From: Nitrospinales bacterium
Lineage (GTDB): Bacteria; Nitrospinota; Nitrospinia; Nitrospinales; VA-1
Direction: 5' to 3'
NCBI GenBank assembly: GCA_965262115.1
Contig: OZ253496.1
Location: forward strand, 416,001 to 480,000
Length of the DNA: 64,000 bases
In this document: positions 38,268-50,300 of the stretch, one piece after another
How positions within the stretch are numbered: position 1 is the stretch's first letter
How the letters are laid out: every line of letters begins with the position of its first letter
Made by a program: the position numbers and the translations under genes
The notes under the pieces: model-generated
Database searches by the model: none
Told to the model about the DNA's origin: nothing
The model's input: only the letters and a program-made list of their open reading frames with translations

Positions 38268-39215
38268 ATGAACATGGATGAAACTGCGGCTCTGCCCGAC
38301 AATTATGCCATATGTATCGCAGGCCATGGAAGCCGCGATAAGGAAGGCATTCAGGAATTTTTGACCTTGTCCTCAAAGTTCAAGGAAAGAGAGCCTCATA
38401 GAATTGTGGAATGCGGCTTTCTGGAGTTTGCAAAACCTACGATCGACGAAGCCATTAGTAAATGTGTGCAGGATGGGATCAACAATATTGTTGTGATTCC
38501 GGGGGTGTTGATGGCTGCGGGTCACGCCAAGAATGATATGCCCAGTGAAGTCCTGTCCATGGCTCGAAAATTTCCTGCCATGAATATTCAATATGGTCGC
38601 CCTCTGGATATCCATCCAAAAGTTTTAAAAGTTTGCGCTGACCGCATTGAATCGGCCGAAAACTCCTCCGCGCAAAAAACTCTGCGTTCCGACACTTTGC
38701 TCATGACAGTGGGACGCGGTAGCAGTGACCCGGATTCCAATTCCAATATCGCCAAAGTCTCCCGGATGTTGTGGGAGGGAATGGGGTTTGGCTGGTCAGA
38801 AACAAGCTTCATTGGGATCACACAGCCTCTGTTGCCAGACGCTCTGGATAAAGTCGTTAAAATGGGATTCAAACGCATTATCGTCTTTCCCTTTTTCCTT
38901 TTCACAGGCGTGTTAGTAAAAAGGATTTTTTCCATAACCGGTGATTTTCAGAAAAAATACCCGGGCACGGAATTTCTGAAAGCTCCTTATCTGAACTATG
39001 ATGATTTGATCGTCGATGTTTTCATGGAAAGAGCCCGGGAAATTCCTTTTGGCCTGCAGGATATGAATTGCCAGCTTTGTAAATACCGCGAGCAGGTGAT
39101 AGGTTTCGAGGATCAGGTGGGGCAACCCCAGGTAGGCCATCATCACCATGTTCGGGGTATTGATGGCCATCATTTGGACCATGAACATCATAGTCATTCA
39201 GACCATGAGCACTAA
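38268..39215 (+). CDS. cbiX: Sirohydrochlorin cobaltochelatase, long form
   Basis: GHGSR, GFLEF, AGHAKND, GRGSSDPD, MNCQLC motif, His-rich tail. Confidence 0.95.
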   Translation: MNMDETAALPDNYAICIAGHGSRDKEGIQEFLTLSSKFKEREPHRIVECGFLEFAKPTIDEAISKCVQDGINNIVVIPGVLMAAGHAKNDMPSEVLSMARKFPAMNIQYGRPLDIHPKVLKVCADRIESAENSSAQKTLRSDTLLMTVGRGSSDPDSNSNIAKVSRMLWEGMGFGWSETSFIGITQPLLPDALDKVVKMGFKRIIVFPFFLFTGVLVKRIFSITGDFQKKYPGTEFLKAPYLNYDDLIVDVFMERAREIPFGLQDMNCQLCKYREQVIGFEDQVGQPQVGHHHHVRGIDGHHLDHEHHSHSDHEH

Positions 39216-39244
39216 ACGGTTTGATTAAGAAATGAGATACTTTA

Positions 39245-39883
39245 ATGCCCACCTACCAACCACATCCTATTGAAGCAAAAAGTTATGAAATCATAGATGG
39301 ATTGGTGGATTTTTCATGCTACCCCGAGGCGCACAGGGAAATTTTCAAACGCGTCATTCACACGACCGGGGATACCGAATTTATCAAGGGATTAAAAATT
39401 TCAGAAGGCGCCATTCAATCTGCGGTTAAGGCCATTTCTAATAATGCTTTGATATGGACAGATGTGACCATGGTGCAGACTGGTTTGAAGAGAGACCTTC
39501 TGAAAAAGCTGAACTTGAAAACCTGCTGCATGATTCATGATCCGGAAACCTTTCAGAAGGCGGAAGCCGAAAATACCACAAGGGCGGTAGCAGGCTTGCG
39601 GCGTTTCATTGAGCAAAAGGTAGATTCCCCTAAAATCCTGATCATCGGGGATGCCCCCACGGCCCTTCAGGAGGCAGTCGACCTTGCCCTGAACGACCAA
39701 CTTGGTGCTGATTTGATCATTGGAATTCCGGTAGGTTTTGTGGGAACAGAAGCCAGCAAGGATTCATTGAGCCGGCAAAATAAAATCTCATTCATTACTA
39801 ATGCGGGAACCCGTGGCGGTTCCACAGTCGCCGCCTCAATTTTTAATGCCTTAATGATCTGGACTCTCAACGAAAAGGCTTGA
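39245..39883 (+). CDS. cbiC: Precorrin-8X methylmutase (CbiC/CobH)
   Basis: IEAKSYEII, RVIHTTGD, IGDAPTAL, GIPVGFVG, RGGS. Confidence 0.94.
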   Translation: MPTYQPHPIEAKSYEIIDGLVDFSCYPEAHREIFKRVIHTTGDTEFIKGLKISEGAIQSAVKAISNNALIWTDVTMVQTGLKRDLLKKLNLKTCCMIHDPETFQKAEAENTTRAVAGLRRFIEQKVDSPKILIIGDAPTALQEAVDLALNDQLGADLIIGIPVGFVGTEASKDSLSRQNKISFITNAGTRGGSTVAASIFNALMIWTLNEKA

Positions 39884-39893
39884 GGAGATTTGC

Positions 39894-41042
39894 ATGTCAG
39901 CCCCTTTCATTGATTTAACCATCCCGGCTTCAAACGGAATGGCACGAGGCATCACGACGGGTAGCTGTGCTACGGCGGCAGCCAGATCAGCACTCGAATT
40001 CTTGATTTTTAATTCTGAAAAACAACAGATAGAGATTGATTTACCTTCGGGAGAAAAATTACGGGTTCCAGTAAATTTTTGCCGTAAAACGAAACGAGGG
40101 GCGATGGCGCAGGTGACCAAGAACGCAGGCGATGACCCAGATGTAACAGACAAATGCAAGGTGGAAGTGGAGGTGAAGCCTAGTGAGAAGAACAATGGGA
40201 TTCATTTTTATGCGGGAGATGGCGTCGGAACTATTACCGAAGATGGACTCCAGATTCCCAAGGGGGAACCGGCAATCAATCCCATTCCCAGAAGCATGAT
40301 CCGCCAAAATCTGGAGCATATTCTTAAAGACCCAGCAACTCCTGAGGCATGGAGAGATTGCGGTTGGAATGTGGTGGTCAGTGTTCCCGGCGGAAAAGAT
40401 ATTGCCCTAAAGACCTTTAACCCGAGATTGGGAATTGAGGGTGGGATTTCCATCCTTGGTACAACGGGCATTGTTGAACCCATGTCTCTCAGCGCGTGGA
40501 AAGCCTCCGTCGAAATTTATATTGATGTGGCGCTGGCTACGCAATCAGAATTTATTGTATTCAGCCCAGGGCGATGGGGACAGAAATTTTTTCACCAGGA
40601 GAGAGGTATCCCGCTAAACCGCATATGCCTGGTTTCAAATTTTATCGGATTCGCATTGGATCATTTAAAGCAACATTACAATTCAGAAAAAAATCAGGTA
40701 AAAACCCTGGTCCTGGCCGGTCATCCGGGGAAATTGGCAAAAGTGATTGAGGGCCATTGGAACACCCACTCCAGCGAATCCCCCTCCGCACTTCCTGCAA
40801 TATTAAAAATTGCGGAAAATATTTTTCCAACGGACATGAAAGAAATATTGCTATCATCGAGAACGGTGGAGCATTTGATACAACTCAGTAAAAGCAATCA
40901 AATAAGCGATATTTTATTTCAAGTGGTGGCCGAAGAAATATCGAGAACCGTTTCCAAGTATCTGGGGAAAGCCATTCAGGTGGAGGTCTTGTTGGCAGAC
41001 TTTAAGGGCAACTTGATCGGGCAGGCGGCAACTCATGACTGA
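39894..41042 (+). CDS. cbiD: Cobalt-precorrin-5B C1-methyltransferase
   Basis: GITTGSCATAAA, KNAGDDPDVT, NPRLGIEGGISILGTTGIV. Confidence 0.96.
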   Translation: MSAPFIDLTIPASNGMARGITTGSCATAAARSALEFLIFNSEKQQIEIDLPSGEKLRVPVNFCRKTKRGAMAQVTKNAGDDPDVTDKCKVEVEVKPSEKNNGIHFYAGDGVGTITEDGLQIPKGEPAINPIPRSMIRQNLEHILKDPATPEAWRDCGWNVVVSVPGGKDIALKTFNPRLGIEGGISILGTTGIVEPMSLSAWKASVEIYIDVALATQSEFIVFSPGRWGQKFFHQERGIPLNRICLVSNFIGFALDHLKQHYNSEKNQVKTLVLAGHPGKLAKVIEGHWNTHSSESPSALPAILKIAENIFPTDMKEILLSSRTVEHLIQLSKSNQISDILFQVVAEEISRTVSKYLGKAIQVEVLLADFKGNLIGQAATHD

Positions 41043-41775
41043 TCATTGTGGAACATTTATCGGCATCGGTGTTGGACCGGGCCCTGCGGAATACATCACC
41101 ATTAAAAGCCTCAATGCCTTGATGGGGGCTGACAAGGTTTTGGTTCCCCGTGCCAAGGGAGCCAAGGACTCCGTGGCTTTAGCCTGCATAAAGGATATTG
41201 ATGTCCCTCGCGAGAAAATTGAATTTCTCGACTATCCCATGTCCAACGATGAGAATTTACTCAATTCCATTTACCGGGATATTGCCGAAAAGATTATTGC
41301 GAATCTGAAGAAAAAACTGAACCTTGTTTATATTACCATTGGGGATCCCTATATTTACTCCACTTACTCTTATACCGTCCATGCCTTGAAGAAAATGATG
41401 CCGGATATTTCCATTTCAACTTATCCAGGAATAAGTTCCTTTCAGGCATTATCCGCCGCTCTCGATTTTCCCCTGGCCCAAGGTAAGGAAAAAATTCTGA
41501 TTCTCCCCTGCCCCGAAACCCCAGCAGAGTTAAAAGAGCAAATTGAGAGAAACGAAAATATTGTCTTGATGAAAATCGGGGACCGCTTTGATTGGGTTCG
41601 TGAATTATTAAAGGAAATGGATATTTTGAAAAATTGTGTCCTGGGAAAAAGGATTGGCTTGGATAATGAAATCTTGTCCTGTGACCTTACAGGGTTAAAT
41701 GGAGACGACAAACCCGGTTATTTATCCGTAATGCATATCCGAAAAACTCCCCTCTCAGGGAGAAATGGGCAATGA
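41035..41775 (+). CDS. cbiL: Precorrin-2 C20-methyltransferase (CbiL/CobI)
   Basis: GIGVGPGPAEYIT, TIGDPYIYSTY, PGISS, VLMK. Confidence 0.93.
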   Translation: MTDHCGTFIGIGVGPGPAEYITIKSLNALMGADKVLVPRAKGAKDSVALACIKDIDVPREKIEFLDYPMSNDENLLNSIYRDIAEKIIANLKKKLNLVYITIGDPYIYSTYSYTVHALKKMMPDISISTYPGISSFQALSAALDFPLAQGKEKILILPCPETPAELKEQIERNENIVLMKIGDRFDWVRELLKEMDILKNCVLGKRIGLDNEILSCDLTGLNGDDKPGYLSVMHIRKTPLSGRNGQ

Positions 41776-42536
41776 AGGTCTATTTTATAGGAGCGGGCCC
41801 GGGGGATGTTGGACTGATGACCATAAAGGGGAACCGGCGGTTGCATTCCTGTCCCACTGTCATGTATGCAGGTTCGCTGATCAATCCGCAAATTTTATCT
41901 GCCCTTCCCAAATCTACACGGATTCACGACACTTCAAAATTAGACCTTGAACAACAAGTAGCCATATACAGTGAAGCCAAAGACGCGAATCAAGATGTCA
42001 CCCGATTGCAAAGTGGAGATTTGTCTATATATGGAGCGATTGCGGAACAAATGCGGGCTCTTGACAACCTTGACATTAAGTATGAAGTGGTCCCCGGCGT
42101 CTCATCAGTGGCCGCGAGTGCTGCAACTTTGAAAAGTGAACTGACACTTCCGGAAATTTCACAAACCGTCATTCTCTCCAGGGTCAGCGGAAGGACCCAG
42201 GTTCCCCCTGATGAGGACCTTGAAAAACTGGCTTCTCATAAATGTACCTTGTGCCTTTTCTTGTCTATCCACAAAATTAAAGACGTTGTCAAAAAGCTCT
42301 CCATCCATTACCCACCGGAAACTCCGGTCATCGTGGTCTACAAAGCAAGCTGGGAGGATGAAAAAATTATAAAGGGAGACCTCCAGACCATTGCCGACAA
42401 GGTAAAAGAAGAAGGAATCCGTTTGACAGCCCTAATTCTGGTGGGCGCAGTTTTTAACTCTAAAGACTTCGAAGATTCCCGTTTATATTCAAAGGAATAT
42501 TCTCATCTCTTTCGGAATAAAAATGTCAGCAAATAA
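41772..42536 (+). CDS. cbiF: Precorrin-4 C11-methyltransferase (CbiF/CobM)
   Basis: FIGAGPG, YAGSL, RLQSGDLSIYGAI.EQ, ELTLPEISQTVI, SRLY. Confidence 0.95.
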   Translation: MKVYFIGAGPGDVGLMTIKGNRRLHSCPTVMYAGSLINPQILSALPKSTRIHDTSKLDLEQQVAIYSEAKDANQDVTRLQSGDLSIYGAIAEQMRALDNLDIKYEVVPGVSSVAASAATLKSELTLPEISQTVILSRVSGRTQVPPDEDLEKLASHKCTLCLFLSIHKIKDVVKKLSIHYPPETPVIVVYKASWEDEKIIKGDLQTIADKVKEEGIRLTALILVGAVFNSKDFEDSRLYSKEYSHLFRNKNVSK

Positions 42537-43326
42537 TAGAATCGCAATTGTTGTCATTCGCTCTGAAGGTTTAGAAGTTGCCCGGAAACTTCGACAGGCC
42601 TGCCCTTCCTGGGATATTTGGGCACCAGAAACTTCAGGCATCGAACAGGGCGAGAAGGCCTATAACTCAAAATTCAAAGACTGGCTGAGCGAAAATTTCC
42701 AGAACTACGAAGGCTTTGTCTGCATCATGGCCGCCGGAATTGTGGTCCGTGCATTGAGCACAATGATTCCGGATAAACGGACCGGGCCAGGAGTGGTGGT
42801 TTGTGATGAGTTTGGCCGCCATGCAATATCCCTCCTTGGAGGGCATGAAGGCGGCGCCAATGAATTGGCTCATGAAGTGGCTAGCAAGACAGGTTCTGTT
42901 CCCACCATCACTACGGGAACTGAATCCATGAAAAACTATATTCTGGGCGTGGGTTGCAGGAAAAATGCGGATTATGAGTCTCTAAAAGGACTCGTTCTCG
43001 AAGTCCTTAAAAATGCCAAAGTCTCTCCTGATCGAATTAGGCTGATCACCACCATTGACCTAAAAGAGAAAGAACCCTGCATTCTAGAATTATCAGATGA
43101 ATTTGCCTGGCCCTTGTTAATTTTTTCCAAAAATGAAATTAATGCCACTAAAATTCAAGTTTCACCTTCTAGTTTTGTTGAAGAAAATATTGGTGTGCCC
43201 GGTGTCTGTGAACCAACGGCCTTGATGGCTTCTCATTTTGGGGAGTTGGTCGTTCCCAAAACCACAGAAAACGGCTGTGCGGTGGCTCTTGTACAGGAGC
43301 CGGAAATCAAAGGCCGGAGACCATAA
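42523..43326 (+). CDS. cbiG: Cobalt-precorrin-5A hydrolase
   Basis: MAAGIVVR, ISLLGGHEGGAN, LGVGCRK, GVCEP.A. Confidence 0.93.
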   Translation: MSANNRIAIVVIRSEGLEVARKLRQACPSWDIWAPETSGIEQGEKAYNSKFKDWLSENFQNYEGFVCIMAAGIVVRALSTMIPDKRTGPGVVVCDEFGRHAISLLGGHEGGANELAHEVASKTGSVPTITTGTESMKNYILGVGCRKNADYESLKGLVLEVLKNAKVSPDRIRLITTIDLKEKEPCILELSDEFAWPLLIFSKNEINATKIQVSPSSFVEENIGVPGVCEPTALMASHFGELVVPKTTENGCAVALVQEPEIKGRRP

Positions 43327-43330
43327 GCCA

Positions 43331-44071
43331 ATGGGCAGACTCTATTTAGTTTCTATTGGTCCGGGAGCGCTCGATATGATCACTCCCCGCGCCTCTGAAG
43401 CCTTAAAAAAATGCCAAATAATAATTGGCCATCAACTATACCTGGACTTAATTCAAACTCTGATTCCGGGTAAAAGTCAAATCGCAACCCCATGGGGAAG
43501 CGAAATCGAAAGAGTTGATCTCGCAATTCAAAAAACTGCAGAAGGAAATAATGTCAGCCTTATTTCCAGCGGAGACATAGGAGTCTATGGACTGGGTGGC
43601 CTCGCTCTGGAAAGACTTGGGGAAAATGATTTGGCCATCGACTATGAAATCATCCCAGGGGTAACCTCGGCAAATGCGTGTGCGTCCATATTAGGAGCGC
43701 CCTTGGCCCATGATTTTTTGACATTATCTCTTTCCGATTTACTGGTTTCAAGAGAAACAATTTTAGAAAGGGCCGAGCATGCCGGAAAAGGGGGCTTTGT
43801 TTCTGTCCTTTATAATGTTCAGAGTCCGAAGAGAAAAGAGTTGGTGTATGAGGTGCTGGACCAGTTCAAACCTCATCGGGCAGCCCAGACACCTTGCGGG
43901 GTGGTTTCGAACGCTTTCCGGCCGGACGAAAAAAGTAATATTGTGATTTTTCAGGACCTGTTCTCGATGCAGTTCGACATGCTGACAACCCTTGTTCTGG
44001 GAAATGATGCAACACGGGTAGTAAAGAACAAACTGGTCACACAGCGAGGTTATTCTTTTAAAAATGCTTAG
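43331..44071 (+). CDS. cbiH: Precorrin-3B C17-methyltransferase (CbiH/CobJ)
   Basis: VSIGPG, SSGDIGVYG, GAPLAHDF..SLSDLL, DMLT, TQRGY. Confidence 0.94.
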   Translation: MGRLYLVSIGPGALDMITPRASEALKKCQIIIGHQLYLDLIQTLIPGKSQIATPWGSEIERVDLAIQKTAEGNNVSLISSGDIGVYGLGGLALERLGENDLAIDYEIIPGVTSANACASILGAPLAHDFLTLSLSDLLVSRETILERAEHAGKGGFVSVLYNVQSPKRKELVYEVLDQFKPHRAAQTPCGVVSNAFRPDEKSNIVIFQDLFSMQFDMLTTLVLGNDATRVVKNKLVTQRGYSFKNA

Positions 44072-44837
44072 GGAAAATAAAATGCTCTGGCTATTCTCTG
44101 GAACCTCAGATGGAAATAAAATTGCTCAGGATCTAATTTCCCAAAAATGCCATCTAAAAGTATTTGTAGCTACCCAATATGGAAGAAAAGTCGCCGCCGA
44201 AACTTTACCACAACAGGTTATAGAAACAGGAAGAATGAATGAGAGTGAAATTTTTCAGCGTGCAGAACTGGAGGCCCCCGAAAAGGTGATTGATGCGACC
44301 CATCCCTTTGCATTGGAAATCAGCAAGAACCTGATGGAGTTCTGTCAGGCCCGCCAGATCCCTTATATCCGCTATGAACGACCGGAAGAACCTATGGACG
44401 GAGAAAATATCCATATTGTGAATGACATGGAACAGGCATCGGAAAAAGCCAAAATCATGGGAAAACACATTTTATTGACGGTGGGTTCCAAAAATATTGA
44501 ACCTTTTCTCGGCGAAAACTTTCAAGGTCGAATCTATATCAGAATGCTCCCTGACCCACCATTGATTCAACATTTATTGTCGAAAGGAGTCCCTCCTGAT
44601 AGAATTATCGCAATCCAGGGTCCGTTCAGCATTTCAATGAACCGGGCGATGATGGTTGATTTTTCCATCGATTGTCTGGTCACCAAATCTTCGGGGAAAG
44701 AAGGCGGGGTACCCCAAAAGATTGCTGCCGCAAAGGAACTGGGAATATCCGTTATTGTTATTAAACGACCAGAAATAAAGTATCCCTTATTATTTAGTGA
44801 CAGGGATGAAGTGGTAAAACACATCAACAACTCTTAG
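44064..44837 (+). CDS. cbiJ: Precorrin-6A reductase (CbiJ/CobK)
   Basis: SGTSDG, IDATHPFA, RYERP, QGPFS..N, VTKSSG..GG. Confidence 0.95.
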   Translation: MLRENKMLWLFSGTSDGNKIAQDLISQKCHLKVFVATQYGRKVAAETLPQQVIETGRMNESEIFQRAELEAPEKVIDATHPFALEISKNLMEFCQARQIPYIRYERPEEPMDGENIHIVNDMEQASEKAKIMGKHILLTVGSKNIEPFLGENFQGRIYIRMLPDPPLIQHLLSKGVPPDRIIAIQGPFSISMNRAMMVDFSIDCLVTKSSGKEGGVPQKIAAAKELGISVIVIKRPEIKYPLLFSDRDEVVKHINNS

Positions 44838-44855
44838 CGAGGCAGGAACTTAAAA

Positions 44856-45524
44856 ATGATTTATGCTGTGGGGATTGGGCCAGGCGACCCGGACATGTTG
44901 CCCCATAAGACCGTATTATTATTGCAAGAGGCGGATGTTATTTCCGGCTTTGATACAGTTTTAAACCTGGCTGAAAAACACTTTAATCCCAATGCGACTC
45001 GGATATCGATGGGCTACAAAGACCAAAGTGAAAAACTTGGCCAAGTGGGAAAATTATCTAGAGAAGGTAAAACATGTGTGGTTTGCTTTATGGGTGATGT
45101 CAATTTTTCCGGATATGAATACCTGGAAAGAATAAATAATGATTGCCATGAACCCAACCCTGTAATCATTCCGGGAATCAGCTCTGCCCAGATAGCAGCT
45201 TCCAGGACTTTGACAGCCTTTGAAACCAGCGTGTTCCTGACATTTCATAAGCGGGGAGATATTTCCAAAGATAAGGAATTTTTAGTTTCCGCGCTCAAGC
45301 TGGGCAAATCAGCAATCGTCATCCCTCTGCCATGGGATTTTATGCCGGCAGAAATCAGTCACTACCTGATCGAGCAAGGGATTCCGTCCCAGACTAAAGT
45401 AAATATTTTTGAACATCTGACCTGGCCCGAAGAAAAAGCCTATAGTAGAACACTGGATAATTGTACAGAAAAATTCTCTGACGTTTCTATAATGGTCATT
45501 TCTTCCATAAACGCACAATCCTGA
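44856..45524 (+). CDS. cbiE: Cobalt-precorrin-7 C5-methyltransferase (stand-alone CbiE)
   Basis: VGIGPGD, GDVNFSG, IPGISSAQIAASR, FEHLT.PEE; no CbiT domain. Confidence 0.85.
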   Translation: MIYAVGIGPGDPDMLPHKTVLLLQEADVISGFDTVLNLAEKHFNPNATRISMGYKDQSEKLGQVGKLSREGKTCVVCFMGDVNFSGYEYLERINNDCHEPNPVIIPGISSAQIAASRTLTAFETSVFLTFHKRGDISKDKEFLVSALKLGKSAIVIPLPWDFMPAEISHYLIEQGIPSQTKVNIFEHLTWPEEKAYSRTLDNCTEKFSDVSIMVISSINAQS

Positions 45525-45564
45525 AAGTAATTAAAATGGTGACAACTAAAATTAACAGGTGCCT

Positions 45565-47343
45565 ATGACTACCCCCTATTTCCCGTTTTCTGCCATCGTT
45601 GGACAGGAAAAATTAAAAGAAGCCCTGGTGCTAAACGCTGTCAATCCCTCCATTGGCGGAGTATTGATTTTTGGACAAAAAGGAACAGCAAAATCAACTG
45701 CAGTGCGGGGTTTAAAAAACATATTGGGATTGATCTCCTCCAAGAAGAAGGATGTTCCTTTGGTAGAACTTCCCCTGTCAGCCACGGAAGAAATGATCGT
45801 GGGAACCATGAACATACCCAATACCCTGAAATCCGAACAAATTCAGATTGAATACGGTCTGCTGCATAAAGCAAATAACGGAATCATTTACATCGATGAA
45901 GTGAATCTGCTGGAGGACCATCTGGTGGATGTGATTTTGGATGCTGCCGCGATGGGAGTCAATAGAATTGAAAGAGAAGGAATCAGCCATGAGCACCCGG
46001 CAAACTTCATCCTCATAGGAACCATGAATCCTGAAGAAGGAGAATTGCGCCCACAACTTTTGGATCGGTTCGGAATATCCGCAAAAATCAGAACAGAAAC
46101 AGAGGTGGGTATAAGGAAGGAAATTGTTAGCCGTAGACTGGCATGGGAAGAAGAAAAGCAAGGCTTCACAAAAAAATGGCAGCAAGATGAAAACTGCATG
46201 GGTGAGTCGATTGAAAAAGCCAAGCAGCTTCTGCCCAAGGTAGTCTTGAGCGAAAAGTATTTGGAGTTGGCCATAAACCTTACGTTGCAAGCCAATGTGG
46301 AGGGCCACCGGGCCGACATTATTATATCCAAAACGGCTAAAACCCTGGCCGCCTTAGCGGGGAGACTGGAAGTCAATGAGGACGATATCTATCGTGCTGC
46401 CGAGTATGCTCTGAACCATCGCACGGATTCTATTCCCACTCCTCCATCAAATGAATCTCCGGATAAGAAGACGGAAACACCCGCTCAGAATGAAACCAAC
46501 AAAACCCAGTCTGGCAACAAACCTCAATCGTTCCAGACCGAGCAATCCCCGGCCACTCAAAATTTTGAGACTCTCGATATCATTACAAATGCTGCTCAAA
46601 ATAATGTAGCAGGGAGAACCATGGATAGAAAACAAAAGGTTCGGCGGGGTAAAGTAATTGGCTCTATGGATTCGAACACACAAGCAGCAAACCTGTCTGA
46701 AATCGCCTTTTTCCCTACCCTTCTAAAGGGAATTCGAAGAGGAAAAAAGAAACTTTCTGATATTGCTCCCGACGATCTCCGTTTCAAGCGAAGAATTTCA
46801 GGCAGGAAAGAGCTGCATGTTCTTGTTGTGGACACCTCAGCATCCATGGGAACCTTACAACGCCTTTCCTATGCAAAGGGTCTGATGCAAAGGATCCTCA
46901 AGAATGATTATCAAAAGAAAAATTATGTCGCTGTTGTCGGAACTCTGGGGGACCGCGCCAACGTGGTGTTAAAACCCACACGCAATTTTTTTCAGATAGA
47001 TCAGGTCATGGATTCCATCAAGGCAAAAGGGAAGACCCCCTTACTGCATGCTATTGACAGCGCCTTGAATCTTGTTGAAAGCTTCCACAGGCAAAACAAA
47101 TTCCTGACAAATTTACTTGTAATTATATCCGACGGGAAACTGAACGTCCCCTTCCAAAAATCAGTCAGCGAAGATTTACAAGGTCTGGGAAAGCGTATCA
47201 AGAAACTTAATTTGAACAATTTTATTGTCGATTCTAATCAAAAATTCAACCGTTCCTTTCTGTTACAAAAAATGGTCAGCATTTTTGATGGCCGATATAT
47301 GGTTATGGAAGACACCCTTCTTCAAGGAAAGATTTCTCTTTGA
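45565..47343 (+). CDS. ChlI/ChlD-like chelatase subunit (AAA+ plus vWA), probable CobN partner
   Basis: [43 protein letters not shown]; vWA MIDAS DTSASM, GKTPL, ISDG. Confidence 0.92.
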   Translation: MTTPYFPFSAIVGQEKLKEALVLNAVNPSIGGVLIFGQKGTAKSTAVRGLKNILGLISSKKKDVPLVELPLSATEEMIVGTMNIPNTLKSEQIQIEYGLLHKANNGIIYIDEVNLLEDHLVDVILDAAAMGVNRIEREGISHEHPANFILIGTMNPEEGELRPQLLDRFGISAKIRTETEVGIRKEIVSRRLAWEEEKQGFTKKWQQDENCMGESIEKAKQLLPKVVLSEKYLELAINLTLQANVEGHRADIIISKTAKTLAALAGRLEVNEDDIYRAAEYALNHRTDSIPTPPSNESPDKKTETPAQNETNKTQSGNKPQSFQTEQSPATQNFETLDIITNAAQNNVAGRTMDRKQKVRRGKVIGSMDSNTQAANLSEIAFFPTLLKGIRRGKKKLSDIAPDDLRFKRRISGRKELHVLVVDTSASMGTLQRLSYAKGLMQRILKNDYQKKNYVAVVGTLGDRANVVLKPTRNFFQIDQVMDSIKAKGKTPLLHAIDSALNLVESFHRQNKFLTNLLVIISDGKLNVPFQKSVSEDLQGLGKRIKKLNLNNFIVDSNQKFNRSFLLQKMVSIFDGRYMVMEDTLLQGKISL

Positions 47344-47360
47344 ATCTTTATATTTAAAAA

Positions 47361-50300
47361 ATGGCAGTATACTTTTTTGTATCCGTTTCATCGGATTTGC
47401 ATCTCTTCTCCGAGAATATCGATGAGATTAAAGCTCTAGGAATTGAGGCACACGTCAACTACCTCTCAGAGTTTTCCCAGTATGAGTCGCGGTTGAGTTC
47501 AAAGGATGTTGTTGTTTCAAGAAATTTTGGCGGACTTTCTTTTCAAGGCGAGATATTGACGCGCATCAATTCCGTTGCCAAAAAGAACCGCATCCCCTTT
47601 CTCTGCCTTCCCAGTTTCAAGAATGATGATCCATCAGTACTCGCCCTATCCACCGCCCCTCTTGATATTTGCAACCAGCTCCTTTCCTATTACGAATCGT
47701 TTTCGTTCCCGAACCTGAAGGAATCGCTGAAGTATTTGAGTGACCTGTATCTCGGAACATCTTTGGGATGGGTTGAACCTGAGGTTTGTCCTGAATTTGG
47801 TCTGCTTCCTGGATACGAGGACATCCTTTCAAAGTTAAAGTCGGATAAATCCAGGAAAAAAGTAATAGCCATTCTTTTTTACCGGGCCCATTTTCTTGCA
47901 GATGATTTTGAGCCTATCCAAATGGCCATCGACTCCATTGAAAATTCCGGATCCGTGGCCCTGCCCATTTACTGCAGTATGATGAAGCAATCAGACGGAG
48001 AGACACACCCAATTGAAAAAATTCTAAAGAATGATCAAGAGGGATACATCGCAGATGTGGTGATCGATTGTCTTTCCTATGCAACAGCTAATTTATCCAC
48101 CACCGGAAATATAGTGAAGGGCGATAAAGATTCCGATGGCCTGTTCGTAAAATTAAATTGCCCAGTTCTTCACGCCCTTTACAGCTCAGAATCTGAAAGC
48201 GCTTGGCTCCAAAACCCTAAAGGGATGAACCCTCGTGACATGGCCATGAAGGTGGTCATGCCGGAATTTGACGGGAAAATCATCGCCCACCCCATTGGGT
48301 TTGTGGAGCAAGCACATAAAAATGGTAAAACCGTACCTTTATATAAAGGCAATTCTGAACGCATTGAACGATTGGTTTCCCTGGCCAACAACTTTGCTGA
48401 ATTAGCTTTCAAGGACAATAAAGATAAACGGATAGCTATTATCCTGACAAATTATCCCACTCAGAATGCCCGGATCGGCAACGCAGTCGGACTAGACACT
48501 CCCGCATCCCTGATCCGTGTCCTGAATGAGCTTAAAAATAATGGGTACGACATCGATAGCATTCCCGAAACCGGTGATGACCTGATCCATTCTCTTATCG
48601 ATCAGGTCACCTACGACACTGAATTTCTAACGGAAACCCAAATTGAGTTAGCTCCCGCGCAAGTGGATTCAAAAGACTACAAAGATTGGCATGGATCTTT
48701 CCCCAAAAAAAACCAATCGGAAATGGAAAAGGACTGGGGACAACCTCCTGGTAATGTCTACACCCACAAGGGAAAATTTTATTTGCCGGGATTATTTTTT
48801 AAAAATGTGTTTGTAGGCATTCAGCCCCCACGCGGATTCGGGGAGAACCCTGTCGCAATTTATCATAGTCCGGAAATTGTTCCCACTCATCACTATCTGG
48901 CCTTTTACCGCTGGCTTAAAGAGGGCTTTAATGCTGATGCTGTCATTCACATCGGTAAACATGGGAACCTGGAATGGTTGCCTGGGAAATCTGTAGCCCT
49001 CGCAGAAACCTGTTATCCAGACCTTGCCATTTTTGACCTCCCCTTCTTTTATTATTTTATTATCAATAATCCCGGTGAGGGCTCGCAGGCGAAACGCAGG
49101 ACAAATTCAGTACTGATCGACCACATGGTCCCGCCTATGACAAGGGCCGATCTTTATGATGATCTGGCGCGGATAGAACAATTGATTGAAGAGTGGACAT
49201 ATATTCAAAGCGTTGATCCCGACAAGGTTGAAATTGTTCAAAATCAGATATGGGAACTTTGCGAATCCACTCACATCAATCATGACCTTGGGTTTGATTC
49301 TCCCCCTGAACATTTCAAAGAGTATCGAAAGGCCATTAACGGTTTTCTGTGCGAAATTGGTAATACCCAGATTCGGGAAGGCCTGCACATACTGGGCGAT
49401 ATTCCCGAGAGGGATCAACTCATCAACCTGTTTGTCAGTTTGGCACGTATTGATACTCCTCCCTACAAAGGCACGCAGTCTTGCTTTATGGAGGTTTGCG
49501 CCATAAAGGATACCTCTTATTTCATCAACCAAGCTGAGGAATTGAATTGTAAAATTCCCGCAGCCATTCTGAAATTTTACGGAAAACCTGTTGAATCGCG
49601 GGGTGATTTATTACAGATGTTCGACATCCTCTCCTTCGCGATTATCGATCATTGCCTCAAAAATAATATCCACACGCAGGAACTCATTGACGCCGAGATC
49701 GAATCATTATTGAGCGTTCCAATCCCCGACCTGGCCAACACGATCCATTTTCTATTAAAGGATATCTACCCAAAGTTGAAACAGGTCGATGAGGAGATCA
49801 TTCACCTCATGGAAGCATTAAAGGGAGAATTTGTTGAACCGGGGCCTTCGGGAGCCCCCACAAGGGGGATGGCCACCATTCTTCCGACCGGGAGAAATTT
49901 TTATTCCGTCGATATTCATTCCTTGCCCACGACGACTTCGTGGATCATGGGGAAAAAACTGGCTGAAGCTCTATTGAAGCGATATGAAATGGAATCGGGG
50001 AAATTTCCTGAATCCGTGGCGATGATTCTTTGGGGAACATCCAATATGAGAACCAAGGGCGATGACATTGCACAAATCTTTTACTTGTTGGGGGTCAAAC
50101 CGGTCTGGAAACCGGAAAATAAGAGGGTCATCGTGGTTGAACCCATTCCGTTAGATGAATTGAAACGACCCAGGGTGGATGTATGCATTCGTATCAGTGG
50201 GTTTTTCCGAGATGCGTTTCCAAACCTGGTTGAATTGATGGACAAAGCAATAAATTTAGTTGCCCAACTTGACGAGCCTGTAGAAATGAACTTTGTGAGA

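Noticed and set aside
45565..47343. Mg-chelatase subunit as evidence of phototrophy
   Set aside because: It sits directly before cobN inside a cob operon, with no bch/chl genes in the window
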